From the IMG/VR virus record IMGVR_UViG_3300027608_000013: a stretch of DNA of 64,000 bases. One strand, 5' to 3'. This document shows positions 1 to 9,881 of this stretch, piece by piece. Within the stretch, counting starts at the first letter, position 1; every line of letters begins with the position of its first letter. The stretch is from a virus. The position numbers and the translations under genes are program-made. A model generated the notes under the pieces. It ran no database searches, was not told where the DNA came from, and saw only the letters and a program-made list of their open reading frames with translations.

Positions 1-2
1 AT

Positions 3-419
3 ATAAATACAAATACCGATGTTCCATATGGTATAAGTTTATCATTTGCTGATAATGGTGTATTTAGATCAGTTGGACGTAATGATGAACAATCGCTTGA
101 AAATTTTAAAAATTTATTACTAACATTTCCGGGTGAACGTACTGGCGATTGGATTACTTTTGGATGTAATTTAAAATCATTGCTATTCAGTCAAAATACA
201 GATGAAATTAAATCTGATATACAAGATACTATCTTAGATGCTACATCACAATGGTTACCTTATATTAACATAATTACATTGGATATTATAACTGCAGCCG
301 ATGAACCTAATCTAGATAATGCAATTAACGTACGTATTACATTTACTGTAGGAGCTGGATTCCGGGAACAAACTATACAAATTAATGCAACTGAATCAGG
401 TGTAATTACAATCGAATAA
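3..419 (+). CDS. Baseplate wedge subunit, T4 gp25-like (5'-truncated by window edge)
   Basis: The frame is open from position 3, upstream of the ORF-track start at 180. It reads ...NFKNLLLTFPGER...FGCNLKSLLFSQN..., the GPW/gp25 signature, and lies directly before a gp6-like gene. Confidence 0.8.
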   Translation: MNTNTDVPYGISLSFADNGVFRSVGRNDEQSLENFKNLLLTFPGERTGDWITFGCNLKSLLFSQNTDEIKSDIQDTILDATSQWLPYINIITLDIITAADEPNLDNAINVRITFTVGAGFREQTIQINATESGVITIE

Positions 420-423
420 AATT

Positions 424-2307
424 ATGGAAACAAAAAAAGATATATCATACATTGGAAAAGATTTTGGACAATTCAAGAAAAACTTGATTGATTTTACAAA
501 ACAATATTTTCCGAATACTTATACTGATTTTAGTGATGCATCTCCGGGCATGTTATTTGTAGAATTAGCATCATATGTAGGGGACGTTTTAAGTTTTTAT
601 GCAGACAGCAACTTACGAGAATCATTTTTAGATCAAGCCGTTGAACAAGCAAATATATATGATTTAGCAAAAGCATTAGGTTATAAAGCAAAAACGGCTG
701 CACCAGCATATGTTACTTTGGATATATTTCAAGTTGTACCAGCAATTGGATCTGGCGCATCTGTTATCCCGGATTATAATTATGCATTATCAATACTACC
801 AGGTATGCGTGTTAAACCAACATCTGGCAATTCATCTATATTCCGAACATTGGATTCAATTAATTTTAACTATTCATCGTCATATGATACTACGGAAGTA
901 ACAATATATGATGTTGATCCTGCTACTAAAACACCTACATATTTTCTTTTAAAGAAAAAAATAAAAGCTGTTTCCGGAGAAATAAAAACACAAACATTTA
1001 GTTTTGGATCTCCTTTACCATATGATAAAGTTTTATTAAATGATACAAATATAATAGAAATTGTATCAGTTACAGAAACGGATGGTGATGGTTGGAATGA
1101 AGTTCCATATTTAGCACAAGATACTATTTTTGAATCTGTTCCTAATTTAATTGAGAATGATCCAGATTTAGCACAATATCGTTCCGGTGCACCTAGTTTA
1201 TTAAAACTTAAGAAAACAGCTAAACGATTTGTAACTAAATTAAGAAGTGATAACCGAATGGAATTACAATTCGGTGCTGGTATTTCTGATAATAATGATG
1301 AAGAAATTATTCCAAATCCAGATAATGTAGGAAATGGATTATCCGGAGTTCGTAGAACAGTTGATATTGATATTGATCCTGCTAATTTTTTATATACTAG
1401 AACTTATGGCCAAGCTCCTTCAAATACAACATTAACTATTACATATGTAGTGTCAAATGGCATTACTGAAAATGTTTCTGCTAATACATTAACTTCAATT
1501 GATAGGATTGCATATAATGATGATATCAATTCATCAAATAGTGGCGCTATGGTTAATTTTGTAAAAACAACAGTAGCTGTAACAAATCCAGATCCAGCAA
1601 CAGGAGCTAAATCTGCAGAAAGTTTAACAGATATTAAAAATAATGCAATGGCTGCATTTGCTACACAGAATCGTTTAGTAACTCGCGAAGATTATATTAT
1701 ACGTACATATTCAATGCCATCAAATTTTGGAAGTGTTGCAAAAGCATATATTGTACCTGATGATCAAATATCACAGCAAGATGCAACTACTAATAGAATT
1801 GCAAATCCACTAGCAATGAACATGTACATTTTAGGTTTCAATGAATCTAAAAAATTGATTGCATGCAATCAAGCAATCAAAGAAAATTTAAAAACATATT
1901 TAGGTTATTATCGCATATTAACGGATGCTGTAAATATTAAAGATGCATTTATTATTAATATAGGTATCGATTTTGAAATAACAACTCTTCCTAATTATAA
2001 TTCAAATGAAACATTGTTAAAATGTACATCAGCAATACAAGAATTATTTAATATAGATAAATGGCAAATCAATCAACCAATAATCAAATCAGATATTCTT
2101 ACGACGTTAGCTAATATAAAAGGCGTACAAAATGTAATTGGAGTTAAATTCCTTAATCTATATGATAACGATTTTGGATATTCAGGAAATGTTTATGATT
2201 TAACTACTGCTACACGTAATGGCGTAATTTATCCATCGTTAGATCCAAGTATTTTTGAATTAAAATTTCCTAATCAAGATATTCGCGGAAGAGTAGTAAG
2301 TTATTAG
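424..2307 (+). CDS. Baseplate wedge subunit, T4 gp6-like
   Basis: N-terminal KDFGQFKKNLIDF...YTDFSDASPGMLFVELASYVGDVLSFY; later FATQNRLVTREDY, typical of gp6/baseplate J. Confidence 0.85.
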   Translation: METKKDISYIGKDFGQFKKNLIDFTKQYFPNTYTDFSDASPGMLFVELASYVGDVLSFYADSNLRESFLDQAVEQANIYDLAKALGYKAKTAAPAYVTLDIFQVVPAIGSGASVIPDYNYALSILPGMRVKPTSGNSSIFRTLDSINFNYSSSYDTTEVTIYDVDPATKTPTYFLLKKKIKAVSGEIKTQTFSFGSPLPYDKVLLNDTNIIEIVSVTETDGDGWNEVPYLAQDTIFESVPNLIENDPDLAQYRSGAPSLLKLKKTAKRFVTKLRSDNRMELQFGAGISDNNDEEIIPNPDNVGNGLSGVRRTVDIDIDPANFLYTRTYGQAPSNTTLTITYVVSNGITENVSANTLTSIDRIAYNDDINSSNSGAMVNFVKTTVAVTNPDPATGAKSAESLTDIKNNAMAAFATQNRLVTREDYIIRTYSMPSNFGSVAKAYIVPDDQISQQDATTNRIANPLAMNMYILGFNESKKLIACNQAIKENLKTYLGYYRILTDAVNIKDAFIINIGIDFEITTLPNYNSNETLLKCTSAIQELFNIDKWQINQPIIKSDILTTLANIKGVQNVIGVKFLNLYDNDFGYSGNVYDLTTATRNGVIYPSLDPSIFELKFPNQDIRGRVVSY

Positions 2308-2314
2308 TATTTGA

Positions 2315-2323
2315 ATATTTATA
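2315..2323 (+). promoter_or_regulatory. Putative late promoter motif
   Basis: ATATTTATA, intergenic. Confidence 0.6.
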
Positions 2324-2336
2324 CTAAAAGTATATT

Positions 2337-3470
2337 ATGTTTAGAATATTTTATCCCGAATCTGATGCTACTGTTTATGAAGGTTTAGAAACTACTAATA
2401 CTGGATTAGATGAAATATTAGAAATTGGTAAACGAATCGGAACCGACGGAAGTAACTGGCAAAAATCTAGAGCATTAGTTAAATTTGATATGACTGAAAT
2501 TACTAATGTAGTTTCTAAGTATAGTACTAATATAAATTCATGTAAATTTGTATTGCAATTATATACAAGTTATGCAAAGAATCTTCCTGCTCAATATACA
2601 ATTGATGCACAAATGACTGGGCAACCATGGACTAATGGCACGGGATATTTATCATCAAATCCAATTATTTCAAATGGTGTTCAATGGGCAACTCCATATG
2701 CATCTTGGTCATTAGATTCACAATCAGGAACATTATGGATTTCTAGTTCTCAACAAATTGATTTAGGCACGTCGGGTATACGAGTTTCAGGTTCAGGTGC
2801 TGGAGGTAGTTGGTTGTATAGTACCGGTAGCACATCTTTTTCTAGTTCACAAGCATTTTCATATCAAACGACAGATTTATCCATGGATGTTTCTAGTTTA
2901 ATTTTAAAATGGGTTAGTGGCAGCAACAGTCAATCGATTGCTAATAATGGATTCTTACTTAAATTTTCAAATGCTGGAGAAGCAGATGATGCTGTTACTG
3001 GATTCATACAATTCTTTAGCAAAGAAACTCATACAATATATGTTCCTAAACTAACAATGTATTGGGATGACACAGCATATTCATCATCATTATCGGCGGC
3101 GGATTTAGAATCATATACCGTATTTACAAAATTGAAACCAGAATATAAAGATACTGAAATAATTAAATTACGGATTTATACACGCGATAAATATCCACAG
3201 AAATCACCAACAAATTTATTTCCAACACAGACAGTTAAACGGTTACCTGCTACTACATATTATACAATCTTAGATGCAGCTACAGATGAGACCATAATTC
3301 CCTACGATGATATTTATACTAAAGTAAGTTGCGATAATACTAGTAATTATATCTACATTGATATGAATGGATTTATGCCAGAACGATACTATCGTTTACA
3401 AATCAAAATTGAAGATGGATTTACGGAACAGTATGTCGACGACGATGTATATTTTAAAGTAGTTAGATAA
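2337..3470 (+). CDS. Putative virion (baseplate-region) structural protein
   Basis: 377 aa, beta-rich and S/T/G-rich; located in the baseplate cluster behind an ATATTTATA motif. Confidence 0.5.
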   Translation: MFRIFYPESDATVYEGLETTNTGLDEILEIGKRIGTDGSNWQKSRALVKFDMTEITNVVSKYSTNINSCKFVLQLYTSYAKNLPAQYTIDAQMTGQPWTNGTGYLSSNPIISNGVQWATPYASWSLDSQSGTLWISSSQQIDLGTSGIRVSGSGAGGSWLYSTGSTSFSSSQAFSYQTTDLSMDVSSLILKWVSGSNSQSIANNGFLLKFSNAGEADDAVTGFIQFFSKETHTIYVPKLTMYWDDTAYSSSLSAADLESYTVFTKLKPEYKDTEIIKLRIYTRDKYPQKSPTNLFPTQTVKRLPATTYYTILDAATDETIIPYDDIYTKVSCDNTSNYIYIDMNGFMPERYYRLQIKIEDGFTEQYVDDDVYFKVVR

Positions 3471-4321
3471 TGTTAATACCAAAAATAAACATAGGTAAAT
3501 TATTAGATCCGGTAAAAGTTCAGCAGGTAATAAAATACCAAGGTAATTTAACTGTAACCTCAAATGATACCAATGTTATACCTAGAGATGCTGCGGGTAA
3601 TGTGCAACTACAAGAAGACAGTGAATCAAATCCATTGCTTATTATAGAACCAGTTGCAACAAAAATTACATTAAACTCAGTTCTTAAAGTTTTAGATACT
3701 AGATTTCAATATTTTAAATTTCCTGCTACAACGCGAGTTATTGAAACGGATGAAGTTAATTTAGATTTGTCTTTACCGGATTTTGAAATTACACAAGATC
3801 CAATTTATGCACGATATAAACCATCGGAAGATAGAAGAATTAATACTGGTAATTACTCTGGAATATTAATGGATGAAGTTGTTGATGGATTACCTCAGCA
3901 GAACGCTAATGGTTATTTTATAACTAAAGATATTAAAAATTCCGGAGAGGATCTTCGTTTTAGACTTAAAGTAAATCATAAGTATCAAGCAGATATTAAA
4001 GGATATGGAACGGCTTATTTTTCATTAATATTAAATTCTCCAGATCGAGGATTAATTCGAGAATGGAAAGGACCATTTGCTAATAATTCAATTTCAAACC
4101 CAACGGCTTTTGGATCAATATATCAATATGAAATACAAAACTTAAATTTAGATATAACAATTCCTAATGAAGAATTTGAAATTGGCGATATTTTAGGTAT
4201 AGGTGCGTTTGCTGGACAGAATGTTGATGAAGCATATCATTTTATTATTGCTGATGAAACTTATTGGATAATAACAGATGCTAGTAAAAATGTAGATGAA
4301 TGGAACCAAGAGATTAGCTAA
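3470..4321 (+). CDS. Hypothetical protein, probably structural
   Basis: 283 aa ORF coupled by TAATG overlaps to both neighbours. Confidence 0.45.
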   Translation: MLIPKINIGKLLDPVKVQQVIKYQGNLTVTSNDTNVIPRDAAGNVQLQEDSESNPLLIIEPVATKITLNSVLKVLDTRFQYFKFPATTRVIETDEVNLDLSLPDFEITQDPIYARYKPSEDRRINTGNYSGILMDEVVDGLPQQNANGYFITKDIKNSGEDLRFRLKVNHKYQADIKGYGTAYFSLILNSPDRGLIREWKGPFANNSISNPTAFGSIYQYEIQNLNLDITIPNEEFEIGDILGIGAFAGQNVDEAYHFIIADETYWIITDASKNVDEWNQEIS

Positions 4322-7300
4322 TGTTAACACAATATAAAAATATCGAACAAATTCAAACGGCATCGGGATCTATATCTGCAGAACGTTTATCTCGCAGTAA
4401 AACTGAGTTTGCTAGTTTTGATGCTGAAGAAGCCATTTATTTTAATACTGAAATAAATAAACAAGATGAGTCGCAACGTGTTGAAATGCACGTATACGCA
4501 GGTGATACGTGGATTACAGGTAATCATCGCATTCAACTTCAAACAAAAATACCGGAATATCGAAACAAACAAACTAATGCATTAATACAATTTCCAGCAC
4601 AACCGATTGCAATAGATTTATATGATGAGTTCGAACGTTTAAAATTAACATCCGGAACGTTTCGTATTGCGGTTAATTTCTTTAAGAATTTAATCGGTAG
4701 TTACGATCAACAACATTTAAGAATTGATGAAATATCTCCGGATCGTACGGAAATAAGATTACGTGCAATTGATGCTGATGATCCGCAATTTTTACAACAA
4801 ATTACCCAATATATTCGTACGGTAAAACAAACTACGGATACATTTTATAAAACATATCTATTAAATTTTAGCAGAAATAATTGTGTATTATTTGTTAATA
4901 GTGTTATAATTGGCGAATATGTATATGTTAAATTAGCTGAACCATTATCTGCAGATATAGCTGTTGATTTTAAGTGTTGGTTAGTTGAAGAACAAAAAGA
5001 TGCATATATTGATCGAGTATCTATATCAGCTAAATCTTTTGCAAAACAATATAATACATTATCAAATCCAAATTGGCAAGCTAATAGCACTATAAATTTA
5101 TCATCAGAAACTGGTTTTAAAACTTGGACAGAATTATTAGGTTCATCTACACAAACGTCACAACAAATTGTTGACACATATTTTTCGGGTAGTTTGTCAG
5201 GAACACAATTAAATATTGATTATTCTGATTTTAATAATTTTATATTTTATAGTTCAGCAACAGAACGTTTAACTAATTTTAAATACAAGTTAGAACTTTT
5301 AGAATATTATGCATCGCAAAGCATATTAATTTCACAAATTTCAGGATCCAATGCATCTGCTAATTCAGCAGAATATGAAACATACCGGACTAATTTAATT
5401 AGTGGATTAGATGGTTTTGAAAAATTCTTATATTATGAATCATCATCTAAATTAACAACTTATGATATTGCAAAAGAAAATGCAGTATATGCTGATTTAA
5501 CTGGCAGTTATATATCGCCGGTACCTAAATCTAACACAACGGTACCATATGCACTATATCCAGTAACTAGTAGTCAATTTAACAATTGGTACAATTCATT
5601 AATAGATTCAGCATCATTATATGATTCTTTTAATTTGAATTCATTAGAATATTCTTTGCCGGAGTTTATACGATTTGATAATAATAACGAACAAATGGTA
5701 TTATTTGTGCGAATGTTAGGACATCATTATGATATAATATATTCGTATATTAATCATATGAATAAAATTCATTCACGTGAAGAAAATCCTAAATTAGGTA
5801 TGCCGAATGAATTGTTATATACTGTAGCAAAACAATTTGGGTGGAATCTAACAAATGGCAATCAACAACAAGACTTGTGGTCATATGTATTAGGTACCGA
5901 CGAATCCGGGACTCCTACAACCGGTTCAAATTCAGTTAATGGAACTTCATTATCAGCAAAAGATCGTACATATGCAGTATGGCGTAGAATTGTAAATAAT
6001 TTACCACTACTTTTAAAATCTAAAGGTACTAAACGAAGTGTTCAAGCATTGTTATCATGTTATGGTATTCCACAATCAATGATATCAATTAATGAATACG
6101 GCGGACCTAGATTAGAAAGAGCTCCAATATATGAAAAATTAAATTTTGATTATGCATTAGATTTAAGCGGAAGTGTTGCGGGTACAGTTACTATAAATTA
6201 TACAGCACCTATTAATGCGGTTGAACTTCGTTTCCGAACAGATGATATTGTAGCAAACCCACTTATCCCAAACACAATGAACTTGTTCACAGTAGGGGCT
6301 AATACAGTAACAATTGATTTTACGAGCGGCAATAAAGGTACATTGCGATTAAATGGTACTAGTTCTGCTAATATTGAAATATATAATGATGAATGGCTTA
6401 CAACTGTATTAAGAACTAATGGTACTAAATTAGATTTAATAACTAAAAAATCTAAATATGGTAAAATTGTTGCTGCGGTTTCGGCATCTGCTACTGCTTC
6501 ATTTGCCGGTACCGGTACCGTTACATTGGGTGGTGCTACTAGCGGAAGTCGGTTTGTTGGGCAATTACAAGAATTAAGATTATGGTCTTCTAGTTTACAA
6601 GATTCTGCATTTGATAATCATGTTAAAGCCCCGGCAGCATACAATGGTAATGTAGATGCATATTCTGAATTGTTGTTCAGATTGCCACTTACTCAAAAAA
6701 TAAATCATGCACTTACTAGTAGTTTACTAGGAGTACAACCGGTTGCGTCAACTATTAGTGCGTCATTTGCAAGTTGGACTAATTCAACACCATATGACTC
6801 AATTGAAGAAACGTATTATTATGATTCCGTTTCATTGGGAGCTGGCACGTTTGATGACAATAAAATACGTATCGAATCAAATGAATTAATTGGCTCGTTA
6901 GATGTTAAAACAAGAGCAGAACGCAGTCAATTTGATCGAGCACCATTAGACAGTAAAAAGTTAGGAGTATATTTTTCTCCTCAAACAATGATTGATGAAG
7001 ATATCATTGCACAACTAGGCTTTACGGATTTAGATCAATATATTGGTGATCCAGGAGAAACTGAATCAAAATCATATCCTAGATTAATACAAGCAGCTCA
7101 AGGCTATTGGAAAAAATATAACGATCGAAATGACATTAATGAATATATCAAAATATTTACATTGTTTGATTTATCATTCTTCAAACAACTAGAACAACTT
7201 TTACCAGCCCGGGCAGATAAAATTACAGGTATTGTAATTCAACCAAATGTATTAGAACGTAGCAAAGACACTATATTACCTAAGTTAAAACAATTCGATT

Positions 7301-7821
7301 CAAGCTACTATGCATTAATTGAACAAACTCATCCAACTGCATCTGGAGATTATTTACAATATCTAGGCTCAATTGATGGTGATATATTAACAATTTCAGC
7401 ACAAGACGATGATCAATGGCAAATGTATTTAACTGCATCGCAAGGTAAAAAATATGACGGCACAACATATTCATATGAATATCTAATTAGATCGGGTAGT
7501 ACATATATTACAGCATCTACTCCGTATTGGAGAAGTGAAGCATTATGCCCAGCAATCACCGGTAGTACGTTGTCAGAATATACGGAATATCGAGCGATTA
7601 TCAATTTAACGGCCAGTTATACACCTTCGCAGTTTAGTGATTATTTACCGACCGGTATTGACAATCAACGATATTCGGGTGCAAAAATGACATCGCCTGG
7701 ATTTAATGTTAGTTCTACGCAAACAACTGATGGCGGACCTGTGGTAGAATGGAGAACAGCAAATCCAAACCAATTGATATATCAAAACATTGGCGAACAA
7801 GGAAGTTTTGTATTGGTATAA
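4321..7821 (+). CDS. Large baseplate wedge-associated protein with a LamG-like domain
   Basis: 1166 aa. Contains LLKSKGTKRSVQALLSCYG (P2 gpI/T4 gp7-like motif) and FVGQLQELRLWS (LamG-like). Confidence 0.6.
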   Translation: MLTQYKNIEQIQTASGSISAERLSRSKTEFASFDAEEAIYFNTEINKQDESQRVEMHVYAGDTWITGNHRIQLQTKIPEYRNKQTNALIQFPAQPIAIDLYDEFERLKLTSGTFRIAVNFFKNLIGSYDQQHLRIDEISPDRTEIRLRAIDADDPQFLQQITQYIRTVKQTTDTFYKTYLLNFSRNNCVLFVNSVIIGEYVYVKLAEPLSADIAVDFKCWLVEEQKDAYIDRVSISAKSFAKQYNTLSNPNWQANSTINLSSETGFKTWTELLGSSTQTSQQIVDTYFSGSLSGTQLNIDYSDFNNFIFYSSATERLTNFKYKLELLEYYASQSILISQISGSNASANSAEYETYRTNLISGLDGFEKFLYYESSSKLTTYDIAKENAVYADLTGSYISPVPKSNTTVPYALYPVTSSQFNNWYNSLIDSASLYDSFNLNSLEYSLPEFIRFDNNNEQMVLFVRMLGHHYDIIYSYINHMNKIHSREENPKLGMPNELLYTVAKQFGWNLTNGNQQQDLWSYVLGTDESGTPTTGSNSVNGTSLSAKDRTYAVWRRIVNNLPLLLKSKGTKRSVQALLSCYGIPQSMISINEYGGPRLERAPIYEKLNFDYALDLSGSVAGTVTINYTAPINAVELRFRTDDIVANPLIPNTMNLFTVGANTVTIDFTSGNKGTLRLNGTSSANIEIYNDEWLTTVLRTNGTKLDLITKKSKYGKIVAAVSASATASFAGTGTVTLGGATSGSRFVGQLQELRLWSSSLQDSAFDNHVKAPAAYNGNVDAYSELLFRLPLTQKINHALTSSLLGVQPVASTISASFASWTNSTPYDSIEETYYYDSVSLGAGTFDDNKIRIESNELIGSLDVKTRAERSQFDRAPLDSKKLGVYFSPQTMIDEDIIAQLGFTDLDQYIGDPGETESKSYPRLIQAAQGYWKKYNDRNDINEYIKIFTLFDLSFFKQLEQLLPARADKITGIVIQPNVLERSKDTILPKLKQFDSSYYALIEQTHPTASGDYLQYLGSIDGDILTISAQDDDQWQMYLTASQGKKYDGTTYSYEYLIRSGSTYITASTPYWRSEALCPAITGSTLSEYTEYRAIINLTASYTPSQFSDYLPTGIDNQRYSGAKMTSPGFNVSSTQTTDGGPVVEWRTANPNQLIYQNIGEQGSFVLV

Positions 7822-7835
7822 TTTTTATACTATAC

Positions 7836-7844
7836 ATATTTATA
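7836..7844 (+). promoter_or_regulatory. Putative late promoter motif
   Basis: ATATTTATA, intergenic. Confidence 0.6.
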
Positions 7845-7865
7845 TGAAATAAAGGTTAAAACAAT

Positions 7866-8516
7866 ATGGGATACTTAGATAATTCTAGCGTTACAATTGA
7901 CGCGATATTAACATTGAAAGGTCGCGAATTACTTGCAAAAGGTGGAAATGCATTTCAAATTACGCAATTTGCATTAGGAGATGATGAAATTGATTATTCA
8001 TTATGGAATCCAGATCATCCACTAGGAACTGATTATTATGGTACTATTATAGAAAATATGCCAGTAACAGAAGCAATTCCGGATGAAACTCAAGCATTGA
8101 AATATAAATTAGTTACTTTGCCAAAACAAACAACTAATATACCAGTTGTAAATGTAGGGAACACTTCAATTACATTAGCAGCGCCAGGTGATAGTTCTAT
8201 AGTAGCACCTAATACAAGTAATTTCCAAGGCGGAAATGCAAATCTAGGATATACAGCTATTTTATCTGATTCATCAGTTGCAGATATTCAAGTTACTAGA
8301 GCATTACAAAATTCAACACTTCCAACCACTCCACGTTTTATTGGAGATAATGAAGATGCACAAAGTGTTGCAGTTGCTGGATTTGAATTCCGTATTGTTG
8401 CTAAAACTCAAATGATTGAAGATAAAACAGCAACGGTTACGGTAATTGGTAATGAAACGGGTGGTAGTGTAACAATTACATTGACAGTTAAAAAAGCAAC
8501 TACTGCAACTATATAA
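7866..8516 (+). CDS. Baseplate/tail-collar structural protein
   Basis: AILTLKGRELLAKG...ITQFALGDDEIDY resembles tail-collar/fibre attachment N-termini. Confidence 0.55.
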   Translation: MGYLDNSSVTIDAILTLKGRELLAKGGNAFQITQFALGDDEIDYSLWNPDHPLGTDYYGTIIENMPVTEAIPDETQALKYKLVTLPKQTTNIPVVNVGNTSITLAAPGDSSIVAPNTSNFQGGNANLGYTAILSDSSVADIQVTRALQNSTLPTTPRFIGDNEDAQSVAVAGFEFRIVAKTQMIEDKTATVTVIGNETGGSVTITLTVKKATTATI

Positions 8517-8517
8517 A

Positions 8518-9825
8518 ATGGAAAATAATATGAAAATGAATCAATTCATTGAAACGTTAAAACAACAATCGCGACAAGGCGGTGTACCTAGACTTAATTT
8601 AACAGGGACGCAACCTGCTTCTAGTGCTATTACCCCTAGAGATGCAATGGCGGCGCCAACAACATCTGCAATAACAGATCAAGTACGTCAATTGGCACAA
8701 CAACTTGCCAATCAAATGGTTGCGGAACAACAGCAAACGCAGATACTAGCTCGTAATGGTAGAACTTATACCAAATTTGATACTGCTAATGATATTATTT
8801 CAAATCAGACTGAAACTGTTACGGCAGGATTATGGTCAGATAATTTAGCAAGTTTAGAAACGTTTTTTACATCTTCTACGCAAACTACATCACAACGTAG
8901 ATATTATGTTGACACATATCATAAAGCTACTACAGAAACTGGCTCCGCTGTACAATTTTCATTAGCATTTGGTCATGCATTAGGTAGTGGATCTGATTCA
9001 CAAGGTCAACTTAATGATTCTCCTAGTAAAGCAATTTATTCACAATATAAACAATTATTGCTTTCTCCAACTGATACACGATTTACAACTGCAGGATCTG
9101 GAAGCACTGATTATATTTATGTAGTTAACTTCAAACGTAATCGTTTAAAAGAACGTTTAGATGCTGGAAATTTTGAATTACCACTAAGAACAATATCAGG
9201 TTCTCGTCCAACTAATGCAACGGGTAGTATTGTAACATCGGGTTCAAAGATTATTACATTGATTGATGATTCATCAATTTCATCAGCTGCCGTTGGCGAT
9301 TCTGGTAAAGTATATAATATTGTATCTGGATCTATTAATAGTGGAGTATTTAATCCATCAGCGCCTGTTTATTATGGATTAGCATACCCAGATTATGGAA
9401 CTTTAATATTAGACGGCAAGATGCTTGATCAACAATTAAGATTTCAAACAAATACCGGTTCTAGTTCGGAAGGAAATAATCATTTTGCATTGTTCCATTC
9501 AATATCAGGATCGGCAACAGAAAATAATCCTGCTACTGGTGACCCATATGGTTTCTTAGCACGTAATTCGGAAAAAGTAACAAGTACACATTATTTTGTA
9601 AGGGTAAAAAATGCGGAATATAATTTTTCTAATAATCCTTCGTATGTTACGGGGAGTGTTGGACAAGTAGCACAATCAACGTTTATTAGTGATCCTAAAA
9701 CATATATTACCACAGTAGGATTATATAATGATTCACAACAATTATTGGCGGTTGCAAAACTTTCTAAGCCATTGTTGAAATCATTCCAACGAGAAGCATT
9801 GATTAGAGTCAAGTTAGACTACTAA
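8518..9825 (+). CDS. Baseplate/tail-collar structural protein
   Basis: C-terminal YITTVGLYNDSQQLLAVAKLSKPLLK, paralogous to the C-terminus of the next gene. Confidence 0.55.
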   Translation: MENNMKMNQFIETLKQQSRQGGVPRLNLTGTQPASSAITPRDAMAAPTTSAITDQVRQLAQQLANQMVAEQQQTQILARNGRTYTKFDTANDIISNQTETVTAGLWSDNLASLETFFTSSTQTTSQRRYYVDTYHKATTETGSAVQFSLAFGHALGSGSDSQGQLNDSPSKAIYSQYKQLLLSPTDTRFTTAGSGSTDYIYVVNFKRNRLKERLDAGNFELPLRTISGSRPTNATGSIVTSGSKIITLIDDSSISSAAVGDSGKVYNIVSGSINSGVFNPSAPVYYGLAYPDYGTLILDGKMLDQQLRFQTNTGSSSEGNNHFALFHSISGSATENNPATGDPYGFLARNSEKVTSTHYFVRVKNAEYNFSNNPSYVTGSVGQVAQSTFISDPKTYITTVGLYNDSQQLLAVAKLSKPLLKSFQREALIRVKLDY

Positions 9826-9841
9826 AAAATAACAGTAATTT

Positions 9842-9875
9842 GAGCCCGTTATATTTATATGTATAACGGGTTTTT
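9842..9875 (+). terminator. Intrinsic terminator with a late-promoter motif in its stem-loop
   Basis: GAGCCCGTTATA-tttatatg-TATAACGGGTTT, running into TTTTT. Confidence 0.75.
9851..9859 (+). promoter_or_regulatory. Putative late promoter motif
   Basis: ATATTTATA within the terminator hairpin. Confidence 0.55.
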
Positions 9876-9881
9876 ACTATT

